Virus record (IMG/VR): IMGVR_UViG_3300025103_000093
Span: 1-31,671 of that record
Length of the DNA stretch: 31,671 nucleotides
Strand: one strand, 5' to 3'
Source of the DNA: a virus
Taxonomy: Duplodnaviria; Caudoviricetes
How positions within the stretch are numbered: position 1 is the stretch's first letter; every line of letters starts with the position of its first letter. Positions 16,247 to 24,295 of the stretch are shown here, piece by piece. Both the position numbers and the translations under genes were made by a program. Below the pieces are notes generated by a model that was not told the DNA's origin, ran no database searches, and worked only from the letters and a program-made list of their open reading frames with translations.

Positions 16247-16554
16247 CAAAGTTATGTGCTAGAGGCAAAGCAGCCGCAAAAAGAAAATTTAAAGTTTATC
16301 CATCAGCTTATGCTAACGCATATGCATCAAAAATATGTGCAGGTAAAGCAAAAGATCCATCAGGAGTAAAAAGAAAAGATTGGGGACCTAAGAAAGCTGC
16401 AAAAGGCGCTGAAATAAAAATTAAGAAAGTTATTAAGGGTTTAAAAAAAGCTTCTAAATTACACGCAGGACAAGCAAAAAGTTTAAGCACAGTAAAATTA
16501 GTAAGAGGCGGTGGTGCAGCTATAAGAGGACTTAACTTTCAAGGTGTGAAGTAA
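16243..16554 (+). CDS. basic protein with KFKVYPSAYAN motif
   Basis: recognisable marine-phage motif; C-terminal GAAIRGLNFQGVK. Confidence 0.8.
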   Translation: MTKLCARGKAAAKRKFKVYPSAYANAYASKICAGKAKDPSGVKRKDWGPKKAAKGAEIKIKKVIKGLKKASKLHAGQAKSLSTVKLVRGGGAAIRGLNFQGVK

Positions 16555-16886
16555 TGAACAAGAAAGGTTCTTGTTGGGAAGGTTATGTTCAAAAAGGAAT
16601 GAAGAAAAAAGGGAATCGTATGGTTCCAAATTGTGTGCCTGCAATGAAAACAGGTGGATTAACAAAATGGTTTAATGAAAAATGGGTAGATATTGGAGCA
16701 AAGAAAAAAGGTGGCAAGTTTCAAGAGTGTGGAAGAAAATCTGCCAGTGGTTCAAAGCGGAAGTATCCGAAGTGCGTACCACTTGCAAAAGCCACAGCGA
16801 TGTCAAAGTCGCAAAAGGCCTCTGCTGTTGCCAGAAAGAGATCAGTAAGTAATGCAGGGCCAAAACCAGCTAACGTAAGGACATAA
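16554..16886 (+). CDS. basic two-module protein (CWEGY...PNCVP + GGLTKWF...KCVP)
   Basis: TAATG coupling; recognisable Cys-containing basic motifs. Confidence 0.8.
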   Translation: MNKKGSCWEGYVQKGMKKKGNRMVPNCVPAMKTGGLTKWFNEKWVDIGAKKKGGKFQECGRKSASGSKRKYPKCVPLAKATAMSKSQKASAVARKRSVSNAGPKPANVRT

Positions 16887-16887
16887 A

Positions 16888-17031
16888 ATGTGGAAATGGA
16901 TAAAAAAACTATTTAGACCTTGGAAACTTAATAAAGTATCACCAGATATTACATCGGTAAAACCTAAGGTGGACTTAACAGGTCTTACAAAAGGTGATAT
17001 AAAGAAATTAAAGAAACAAGGAAAAATATAA
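16888..17031 (+). CDS. 47-aa microprotein MWKWIKKLFRPWKLNK...
   Basis: SD AAGGA; TAATG coupling to the next gene. Confidence 0.65.
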   Translation: MWKWIKKLFRPWKLNKVSPDITSVKPKVDLTGLTKGDIKKLKKQGKI

Positions 17032-17282
17032 TGCCATTAAGAAAAGTATCAAATAAAAAAACTGTTGCAAATAAACCAACTAAAGATCCTGTGGATCCTA
17101 AAGATCCTAAAAAAAAGAAATACAAACCAGGTAAAATGGGAAATCCTGCAGTTGTAGAAACTTACGAAGACGCAAGAGAAAATGCAATGATCAATAGAAA
17201 CGTTCCTACCATGAAAGAAGGTGGCTATTGTAGAGGTGTAGGTGCTGCAATCAAAGGCACTAAATTCGAAGGCGTTTTTTAG
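17031..17282 (+). CDS. basic protein ending MKEGGYCRGVGAAIKGTKFEGVF
   Basis: ORF track; shares its C-terminal motif with 16243..16554. Confidence 0.8.
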   Translation: MPLRKVSNKKTVANKPTKDPVDPKDPKKKKYKPGKMGNPAVVETYEDARENAMINRNVPTMKEGGYCRGVGAAIKGTKFEGVF

Positions 17283-17310
17283 TTTACAAAAACCCTAGAT
17301 AATATATAGA
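17283..17310 (+). promoter_or_regulatory. promoter, probably giving a leaderless transcript
   Basis: TTTACA-16 nt-TATAGA, then ATG 17317 six nt later; no SD. Confidence 0.45.
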
Positions 17311-17316
17311 TTCGTT

Positions 17317-17523
17317 ATGAGTCTAAGAGCAACATTGCTACAAGCACTAGAAGATAGATACAATGCTCAAATATCTGAAGCGGATGCAACTATTCAAATA
17401 TATCTAGAAAAACCTGTAGCGATTGGTGAGCACCCACAACACCTTGATGAACTAGATAAGTTAATTACTAAAATAGCAGAAGCAGAAGAAAAAATACAAG
17501 TTCTTCAACAATTCAAATTATGA
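17317..17523 (+). CDS. conserved phage helical-hairpin protein (IGEHP motif)
   Basis: YLEKPVAIGEHPQHLDELDKLITKIAEAEEK. Confidence 0.8.
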   Translation: MSLRATLLQALEDRYNAQISEADATIQIYLEKPVAIGEHPQHLDELDKLITKIAEAEEKIQVLQQFKL

Positions 17524-18098
17524 TAGGTGGCGATAGTAAAGAATACGAAATATTAATAGAAGCCTGTGAATCCTTAGCATCAGATAATTTATTTACAGTA
17601 GAGATAGGGGTGAGACAGGGACTAGGTTCTAAGTTAATTCTTGAAAATCTTAAACATAAAAAACACTGGCACATTGGTATAGATCCTTACGGTAATATAT
17701 CTTACCCACATTTTGATAACCAACCTTCAATTGTTTGTAATTATACAAATAGTATGAAAGTTGATTTATTAAGAGACTTAAACTTTGAAAATTTTACATT
17801 GTACCAATTAGATGATGATGAATTTATGAAAAGTTTTCATGATGGTGTACCTATTTACAGAGAAAAAAAAGAAATCATAAATACTTATGATTTAGTTCAT
17901 TTTGACGGGCCACACAAAACTGTTGATGTTATTAATGAAGCAATTTTTTTTGGAAAAAGATCTAAACCAGGTTCGGTGTTTATTTTTGATGATTATCCTT
18001 ATTATGACATGGATGCAGTATTAAAAATAATAGTAAACGAATATGGTTTTGAATTATTAAAACAAGGTAAAAGTAAAATTTCATTAAAAAGAAAATAA
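17520..18098 (+). CDS. class I SAM-dependent methyltransferase (Methyltransf_24-like)
   Basis: VEIGVRQGLGS, IGIDPY, YDLVHFDGPH, FIFDDY. Confidence 0.88.
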   Translation: MIGGDSKEYEILIEACESLASDNLFTVEIGVRQGLGSKLILENLKHKKHWHIGIDPYGNISYPHFDNQPSIVCNYTNSMKVDLLRDLNFENFTLYQLDDDEFMKSFHDGVPIYREKKEIINTYDLVHFDGPHKTVDVINEAIFFGKRSKPGSVFIFDDYPYYDMDAVLKIIVNEYGFELLKQGKSKISLKRK

Positions 18099-18316
18099 TG
18101 GATATAGATACAATATCACTCGTACAACATAAAGTTAAGAAAGCTTTGGTTAGACTCAAGTCACACGCTATATATGGTGTTGACACCATGGAGAAACTAC
18201 AATATGTTAGGGGTCAAATCAGATCTCTTGAGGATCTGCAACAGGATCTTAAAGACCTGCTGACAACAACGGAGTATGAAGATGATAGAGTCCACGGAGA
18301 CACCGAAACGGACTGA
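18098..18316 (+). CDS. conserved head-module hypothetical protein (72 aa)
   Basis: TAATG coupling; MEKLQYVRGQIRSLEDL; directly precedes GroES. Confidence 0.75.
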   Translation: MDIDTISLVQHKVKKALVRLKSHAIYGVDTMEKLQYVRGQIRSLEDLQQDLKDLLTTTEYEDDRVHGDTETD

Positions 18317-18728
18317 AGCGCTTCTAGATGCCTACAAGGCAAAAGATGAAGTCGAAACAGTCCTTGATCCAAAAGCGATCGACAAATCAACATTAGATAA
18401 ATTACCAACACCAACTGGATATAGAATTTTAGTTCTGCCATTTGCAGGGCCTAAAAAAACCAAAGGTGGTTTGTGGTTATCTGATACTACACAAGAAACA
18501 ATACAAATGACTACAGTGTGTGGTCTAGTATTAAAAATGGGAGATCTTTGTTATCATGACAAAGAAAAATTTCCTAAAGGCCCTTGGTGCAAACTAAATG
18601 AATGGATAATTTTTAGTAGGTACGCAGGTTCAAGATTCAAAATAGACGGAGGAGAAGTAAGAGTTTTAAATGATGATGAAGTCATTTCAACTATAAACGA
18701 CCCCAACGATATTTTGCACCATTACTAG
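18276..18728 (+). CDS. groES: co-chaperonin GroES (Cpn10) with N-terminal extension (start may be 18282)
   Basis: PTGYRILV, KTKGGLWL mobile loop, VLKMG, FSRYAGSRF, RVLNDDEVISTI. Confidence 0.92.
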   Translation: MKMIESTETPKRTEALLDAYKAKDEVETVLDPKAIDKSTLDKLPTPTGYRILVLPFAGPKKTKGGLWLSDTTQETIQMTTVCGLVLKMGDLCYHDKEKFPKGPWCKLNEWIIFSRYAGSRFKIDGGEVRVLNDDEVISTINDPNDILHHY

Positions 18729-18737
18729 GAGGACTAA

Positions 18738-19739
18738 ATGGCAGACATACAAGAAAAAAATCCAGAAGTTGAAATAGACACATCTGGTGTTAATGAAGAA
18801 ACAATTGAAGTAGATGCACCAAAAGTTTCAGATGAAGCTTTTGAAAAAAAACAAGACGTAGATTTAGGTTATGTAGATGTAAGTGGTGGTGGTAAAAGCG
18901 CCAAAGAACTTCTGCAAGAAACTAAAGAAGACGAAGAACCAAAAGTCGAAACTAAATTTGAACAAGTAGAAGAAAAAGAAGAGGAATCAGGTCTACAAGA
19001 TTATTCTGATAAAGTTCAAAAAAGAATAAAAAAATTAACCTTTCAAGCAAAAGAAGCAGAGCGTAGAGAAAGAGCTGCTGTTGATTATGCTAAAGGTTTA
19101 AAAAATAAGTATGAAAGTGCAGAAAAGAAATTTGAAGAAACTGATACTAACTACTTAAACGAATATAATGCTAGAGTTGATTCAGAAAGAGATAAGGCAA
19201 AAGCTGAATTAAGAACAGCATTAGATTCTCAAGACTCAGAGTTAATTATGGAAGCTCAAGATAAGCTTACTAAATTAGCTGTTGAGAAAGAAAAAGTTTC
19301 CATGACCCTTGCTGAAAAAGAGTCTAAGAAAAAAGAAATAGAGTCACAACCTGTCGAAAAAACTGAGGCTCCTCAACCACAAATTAGTACTAGAGCTCAA
19401 GAGTGGGCTACAGATAATGAATGGTTTGGATCTGATAGAGTATTAACTTCTGCTGCTATGGGAATACACGAAGACCTTTTGCAGGAGGGAATTGACGCGG
19501 AGAGTGATGGCTATTATAATCAAATCAACAAACGTATGAAGGAGTATTTTCCTCAGAAATTTGCCGAATCTTCTACTGAAGAAACAACAAAAGCTACACC
19601 CGTCCAAAACGTAGCTTCTGTTAGCAGAAGATCAGGTGGACGCAAGTCTGTGAAACTCACCAAATCACAGGTAGTTATCGCTAAGAAATTAGGGGTGCCG
19701 CTAGAGGAATACGCAAAATACGTGAAGGAAGGATCTTAA
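18738..19739 (+). CDS. capsid scaffolding protein
   Basis: acidic coiled coil; YSDKVQKRIKKLT; C-terminal VKLTKSQVVIAKKLGVPLEEYAKYV; upstream of capsid genes. Confidence 0.8.
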   Translation: MADIQEKNPEVEIDTSGVNEETIEVDAPKVSDEAFEKKQDVDLGYVDVSGGGKSAKELLQETKEDEEPKVETKFEQVEEKEEESGLQDYSDKVQKRIKKLTFQAKEAERRERAAVDYAKGLKNKYESAEKKFEETDTNYLNEYNARVDSERDKAKAELRTALDSQDSELIMEAQDKLTKLAVEKEKVSMTLAEKESKKKEIESQPVEKTEAPQPQISTRAQEWATDNEWFGSDRVLTSAAMGIHEDLLQEGIDAESDGYYNQINKRMKEYFPQKFAESSTEETTKATPVQNVASVSRRSGGRKSVKLTKSQVVIAKKLGVPLEEYAKYVKEGS

Positions 19740-19740
19740 T

Positions 19741-20211
19741 ATGAATACTAAAGTAAAAACTTCACGCGAGTCTGAATCTAGAATTAAACTTTCTAGAAAG
19801 AAAGATTGGACTCCACCATCCAGTTTGGATGCGCCAGCTGCACCGCAAGGTTATGCACACAGATGGATAAGAACTTCTACTAACGGTTTCGAAGATCCAG
19901 GTAATGTATCTAAGAAATTAAGAGAAGGATGGGAATTTGTTAAAGCCGAAACTATTTTAAGTGAACTCGGTGAACATGATTACCCAGTTATTCATGAAGG
20001 CAAACATGCTGGTCTGATCGGAATTGGTGGCCTTGTGTTGGCAAGGATACCGGAGGAGATATTGAAAAGTCGTGCTGAGTATTTTAGAAAAATTACTCAA
20101 GATAGAACAGACGCGATAGATCGAGATCTTATGAAGGAGCAACACCCGGACATGCCTATCAATATTGATAGACAGTCTAGAGTTACCTTTGGTGGTGGTC
20201 GTAAGAAATAA
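19741..20211 (+). CDS. conserved head-module protein
   Basis: WTPPSSLDAP..P.GYAHRWIR...LREGWEFV...GGLVLARIP. Confidence 0.85.
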   Translation: MNTKVKTSRESESRIKLSRKKDWTPPSSLDAPAAPQGYAHRWIRTSTNGFEDPGNVSKKLREGWEFVKAETILSELGEHDYPVIHEGKHAGLIGIGGLVLARIPEEILKSRAEYFRKITQDRTDAIDRDLMKEQHPDMPINIDRQSRVTFGGGRKK

Positions 20212-20279
20212 TTTTTTTGCACTACCTACTACAGATAGCTTGGATTAATATAAACTAACTAAGTTAAGGAGAACTGACA

Positions 20280-20861
20280 ATGTCAAATCAACTGGAAAAG
20301 TTTGGTCTTAGACCATACAGAAAACTAGATGGTACACCATTAGCAGGAGCCCAAAACAGATACACAATTGCAGCAGGTTATGCAACTGCGATATTCCAAG
20401 GTGACTTGGTACAGCCTACTACGGCTGGTAATATCGAAAGACATACTGGCAATACTAGTGATGCTGTTGTGGGTGTTTTTAACGGAGTTTTTTACAACGA
20501 TCCAACTACTCAAAAGCCAACGTACGGAAATTACTACCCTGGTTCAATCACACCAACTCAAGGCGATATTACTGCCTTTGTTGTTGATGATCCAGATGCA
20601 GTATTTTTAATGGACGCAGACGAGGCTTTTACTAGAGCGGACTTGTTCAAAAACTACTCTGTTACAACTGCAGGCGGTGTAACACAAACAGGAATATCAA
20701 GCGTGCAATTAGATGTAAGTGCCTCAGGTACTGCAGCTACTTTCGCGGTTCAAGCAATTGATATCACACAAGATCCTGAAAATCAGGATACTACTGTATC
20801 AAATGCTAACATTCTTGTTAGAATCAATAATCACTTCTATAGAAGTGGCACAGGCATATAG
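20280..20861 (+). CDS. minor capsid/decoration protein
   Basis: FGLRP, IFQGDLV, VGVFNGV, AFVVDDPDAVF, VRINNH; beta-rich; immediately before the MCP. Confidence 0.75.
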   Translation: MSNQLEKFGLRPYRKLDGTPLAGAQNRYTIAAGYATAIFQGDLVQPTTAGNIERHTGNTSDAVVGVFNGVFYNDPTTQKPTYGNYYPGSITPTQGDITAFVVDDPDAVFLMDADEAFTRADLFKNYSVTTAGGVTQTGISSVQLDVSASGTAATFAVQAIDITQDPENQDTTVSNANILVRINNHFYRSGTGI

Positions 20862-20878
20862 GATAAAGGAGAATAACT

Positions 20879-21796
20879 ATGGCAATATCACGATCACAGC
20901 TAGTTAAAGAACTAGAGCCAGGTTTGAATGCTTTATTCGGCCTGGAATATAGTAGATACGAAAATCAGCATGCTGAAATTTTCTCTACTGAAACATCTGA
21001 CAGAGCTTTTGAAGAAGAAGTAATGTTAAGCGGTTTCGCTTCTGCACCAACTAAACAAGAAGGTGCTGGAGTAGTGTTCGATCAAGCAGGTGAAACTTTC
21101 ACAGCTAGATACAACCACGAAACTATCGCTTTAGCATTTGCTATTACTGAAGAAGCGATCGAAGACAACCTATACGATAGACTTGCGGGCAGATACACAA
21201 GAGCTCTTGCAAGATCTATGGCAAACACGAAGCAAGTTAAAGCTGCAAATGTTTTGAACAATGCGCAAGTAACTACTGCTGTTGGTGGAGACGGTGAATC
21301 CCTAATCGGAAACGCTCACCCACTTGCAACTGGTGGAACTTTCTCAAACGTTCTAGCAACTGCTGCAGATCTTAACGAAACTTCACTCGAGCAGTCATTA
21401 ATTGACATTGCTGGATTTGTCGATGAAAGAGGCTTAAAAATTGCTTCTTCTGGTAGAAAAATGATAATTCCAAAAGAATTACAATTTACTGCTGAGAGAA
21501 TCATGAAGTCGCCAATGAGAGTTGGAACTGCCGACAATGACATCAATGCAATTAATAACATGGGTATGGTACCTGAAGGTTACAGAGTTAATAACTTTTT
21601 AACTGACACAGATTCATACTTCTTGTTAACTGATGTGCCTAATGGACTAAAAATGTTTGTTAGATCACCAATCAAAACTGCAATGGAAGGTGACTTCGAT
21701 ACAGGTAATATGAGATTTAAAGCTAGAGAAAGATACTCTTTTGGATTCTCAGATCCAAGATGTATATTTGGTAACGGAAACTTACCAACTAGTTAA
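20879..21796 (+). CDS. major capsid protein
   Basis: MAISRSQLVKELEPGLNALFGLEY...DFDTGNMRFKARERYSFGFSDPR; strong SD; followed by a terminator. Confidence 0.95.
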   Translation: MAISRSQLVKELEPGLNALFGLEYSRYENQHAEIFSTETSDRAFEEEVMLSGFASAPTKQEGAGVVFDQAGETFTARYNHETIALAFAITEEAIEDNLYDRLAGRYTRALARSMANTKQVKAANVLNNAQVTTAVGGDGESLIGNAHPLATGGTFSNVLATAADLNETSLEQSLIDIAGFVDERGLKIASSGRKMIIPKELQFTAERIMKSPMRVGTADNDINAINNMGMVPEGYRVNNFLTDTDSYFLLTDVPNGLKMFVRSPIKTAMEGDFDTGNMRFKARERYSFGFSDPRCIFGNGNLPTS

Positions 21797-21830
21797 TAGT
21801 CAATATATTTAGCCCCTAGGGGTTACTTTT

Positions 21831-21861
21831 AAGGGGCGGTGTTCACATCGCCCCTTTTTTT
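21831..21861 (+). terminator. Rho-independent terminator
   Basis: AAGGGGCGGTG-TTCA-CATCGCCCCTT plus T-run. Confidence 0.92.
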
Positions 21862-21870
21862 ATGTATAAT
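21842..21870 (+). promoter_or_regulatory. sigma70 promoter embedded in the terminator
   Basis: TTCACA(21842-21847)-17 nt-TATAAT(21865-21870). Confidence 0.7.
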
Positions 21871-21876
21871 AAAAAC

Positions 21877-21954
21877 ACCTAGAATAAATAATTTTTTTGT
21901 AGACTGGCTAGGCAGACGGTATAGAGACTACAAAATTTAACGCTATACAGGAGA
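21877..21954 (+). ncRNA. candidate structured 5' leader RNA with two pseudoknots
   Basis: pairings 21895-21902/21928-21935, 21904-21906/21913-21915, 21878-21882/21908-21912 and 21919-21924/21943-21948, the last abutting the SD. Confidence 0.5.
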
Positions 21955-21961
21955 AAATATT

Positions 21962-22372
21962 ATGGCAAATACTACATTTACAGGACCGGTTCGTTCCGAA
22001 AATGGTTTTGAATCAGTAACTAAAAACGCAACAACAGGTGCAATCACAGTTGGTGCTTCTTATGGATCAACTATTACTGGTGGTGTTCAATCACTATCAG
22101 GAGCAGGTGCAATTGATCTTACTAATTTAGTAACAGAACTTACTACAGCAGCTGGAGCTGCGGCAGTAACTTTGGCTGACGGAACTACTTCAGGTCAAGT
22201 TAAAATTATTTACATGGTTGTTGACGGTGGTGGAACTGCAACTGTTACTCCAACTACTTTTGCTAGTGGAACAACATTAGCTTTTGATGCAGTGGCTGAA
22301 GCAGCTACTTTAGTTTGGAATAGTACTATCGGTTGGGTTTTAACTGCCGACAGAGGCGTAACAATAGCTTAA
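21962..22372 (+). CDS. virion structural protein (head fibre/decoration-like)
   Basis: MANTTFTGPVRSENGF N-terminus; T/A/G-rich beta composition. Confidence 0.8.
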   Translation: MANTTFTGPVRSENGFESVTKNATTGAITVGASYGSTITGGVQSLSGAGAIDLTNLVTELTTAAGAAAVTLADGTTSGQVKIIYMVVDGGGTATVTPTTFASGTTLAFDAVAEAATLVWNSTIGWVLTADRGVTIA

Positions 22373-22382
22373 TAATAAACTA

Positions 22383-22402
22383 GTGGCTCCTTAGGGAGCC
22401 AC
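22383..22402. other. intergenic hairpin without U-tract
   Basis: GTGGCTCC-TTAG-GGAGCCAC. Confidence 0.6.
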
Positions 22403-22419
22403 AACTAAAGGAGAAAATT

Positions 22420-22710
22420 ATGTCAGGTGGAGGAAGTTTTACATCAGATCAAGGTAGTGCCCATGCTACAGCAACAGCACAAATGGTACCTACGACAAGA
22501 AGAGCAAGGCTCACATCTATTCAAGCTAAAGGTAATGCAAGTGGTTCAATCATTTTTAAAAGTGGTGGAGCATCTGGTACAACGGTTGCAACATATTTGT
22601 TTGGAACTGAAGGTTTAGATATGTATTTACCTGGTTCAGGTATTTTATTTGTAGAAGGAATACATGCAACTATTGCTGGAACTGCGGGCGTAACAATTTC
22701 ATTTACGTAG
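22420..22710 (+). CDS. small virion structural protein
   Basis: RARLTSIQ...YLPGSGILFVEGIHAT...VTISF; SD AAAGGAGA. Confidence 0.8.
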   Translation: MSGGGSFTSDQGSAHATATAQMVPTTRRARLTSIQAKGNASGSIIFKSGGASGTTVATYLFGTEGLDMYLPGSGILFVEGIHATIAGTAGVTISFT

Positions 22711-22716
22711 GGTAAT

Positions 22717-23433
22717 ATGAGTAAATTTAGATTAACATACGCAGGCGGAAAATACGCAGGCAAGAGAATTGTTGATCTTGTCAAAAGCATAAAAAAAAAT
22801 GTAGCTACAAAAAAAAGAAATAAACGTTTTGAAAAAGCTCATGGTTATAAACCTAACAAAAGCACAGCTAAACCATTTCAAAATGTTTCTAGTAGCGGAA
22901 GTAATAGTAAATCAGCTATTATACCAGCTAAATCACAATCACAAAGAGGAAGTTCTTTTAAAATTCATAAAGTAAGAGGTAAAGGTGCTAATTCATTAAG
23001 AGGAATGGGTTCAGGAAGAGATATTGGTTCTTCAGGTTCAGCAGAATCTTGGAGAAGGGATATGGAAAGATTAACGAGTATGCCTTCTTTTAATGATTTA
23101 ACAAGATCAATGTTTAAGAAAAAAAGAAAAGCTCTTGGTGGTGTTGCTAGTTTTAAAAGAGGTGGAGACAACATGCCTGCTAGAAATAAAAAGAATTTTA
23201 GATCTACTAAAAGTGGTGCAGGTATGACTGCTGCAGGTGTTGCGGCATACAGAAGAAAAAACCCTGGAAGTAAATTAAGCACTGCTGTTACGGAAGATAA
23301 TCCAGGAAAGAAAAGAGCATCACGTAGAAAATCTTATTGTGCAAGATCAGCAGGGCAAATGAAGAAGTTTCCTAAAGCTGCGAAAGACCCGAATTCAAGA
23401 TTAAGACAAGCTAGAAGACGTTGGAAGTGCTAG
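22717..23433 (+). CDS. very basic protein with C-terminal DUF6321-like module
   Basis: GMTAAGVAAYRRKNPGSKL...RRKSYCARS...DPNSRLRQARRRWKC. Confidence 0.8.
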   Translation: MSKFRLTYAGGKYAGKRIVDLVKSIKKNVATKKRNKRFEKAHGYKPNKSTAKPFQNVSSSGSNSKSAIIPAKSQSQRGSSFKIHKVRGKGANSLRGMGSGRDIGSSGSAESWRRDMERLTSMPSFNDLTRSMFKKKRKALGGVASFKRGGDNMPARNKKNFRSTKSGAGMTAAGVAAYRRKNPGSKLSTAVTEDNPGKKRASRRKSYCARSAGQMKKFPKAAKDPNSRLRQARRRWKC

Positions 23434-23436
23434 CTT

Positions 23437-24102
23437 ATGGCATACTTGAATGCTGACATACCACCTATATACTGTAAGATAAGAAAGGAATATTTATATG
23501 ATCTTAAAAAACATCAAGGAGAAAGTGTTGACTGCTGTGTGTTTAGTGTGGTCTCTATTACAGATAGGGCTCTCTTATTTAACATTATGCTACCAAATGG
23601 TGCATGCTTTTGGCGTTTGCCTATATCAGCGTTTTTTCAAGAAAAATTCGATAGAACCGAAGTGCCAGATATGCCTGTCGACCAGCTTCAGTTGTGGAAT
23701 TGTTTTAGTTATTATCCTAGTGTTCATTGCTTTAGTTTTCTAAGAGGAAAAAGAGGTAAGTATTATGGAAAAGATAAAAAAAATTATCCATTCGAATATT
23801 TATTTACCATTGACTGGGGTCATCCAGAAGGAAATATTTTGGATACGGAACATTCTGAAATACCCGCTGAACATAAGTGTGCGCATATATTGGCTCTTGA
23901 TGACGGCAATTATGCAGCTCAGCCTAATAACCGCATTCTGTGGGATGCTCCTAATTACACTGTTGGTGACGGTGTTCCAGACTATTCGGTTCAAACTACA
24001 AAATGGAATGTTGAAAATAAAGACTGGCTTACGGAAGATAGTGACAAAATGTTTTATGATGTGGAAGAAAAAGTAAATGCAGAAGATAAAAGTTACGAAT
24101 AA
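23437..24102 (+). CDS. conserved marine-phage protein of unknown function
   Basis: MAYLNADIPP, WRLPISAF, LWNCFSY, YLFTIDW, SEIPAEHKCAH, GNYAAQPNNRILW. Confidence 0.85.
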   Translation: MAYLNADIPPIYCKIRKEYLYDLKKHQGESVDCCVFSVVSITDRALLFNIMLPNGACFWRLPISAFFQEKFDRTEVPDMPVDQLQLWNCFSYYPSVHCFSFLRGKRGKYYGKDKKNYPFEYLFTIDWGHPEGNILDTEHSEIPAEHKCAHILALDDGNYAAQPNNRILWDAPNYTVGDGVPDYSVQTTKWNVENKDWLTEDSDKMFYDVEEKVNAEDKSYE

Positions 24103-24194
24103 TGGATAGACTTATATATAATTTTTTTGGACTACTAGACAAGATGTTTGATTGGATCAATAATATATTTAAAAACAAAAAAAGAAAAAAATAA
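24102..24194 (+). CDS. 30-aa amphipathic microprotein MDRLIYNFFGLLDKMFDWINNIFKNKKRKK
   Basis: TAATG coupling; fills the gap. Confidence 0.55.
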   Translation: MDRLIYNFFGLLDKMFDWINNIFKNKKRKK

Positions 24195-24196
24195 TT

Positions 24197-24295
24197 ATGG
24201 AGTATCAGAGGATGAATTATTATTTTACAGGTGCTTTAATTGTAGCTTTCGTATTATTAGCTTTTTTTATACAACCAGGGTACATACCTAGATGA
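24197..24295 (+). CDS. single-TM microprotein (MEYQR)MNYYFTGALIVAFVLLAFFIQPGYIPR
   Basis: ATGA overlap with 24292; hydrophobic core. Confidence 0.55.
   Translation: MEYQRMNYYFTGALIVAFVLLAFFIQPGYIPR

Noticed and set aside
20201-20279. structured leader before the minor capsid gene (shares AAATAATTTTTTTG with 21886-21899)
   Set aside because: only weak AT-rich pairing; the shared 14-mer is low complexity
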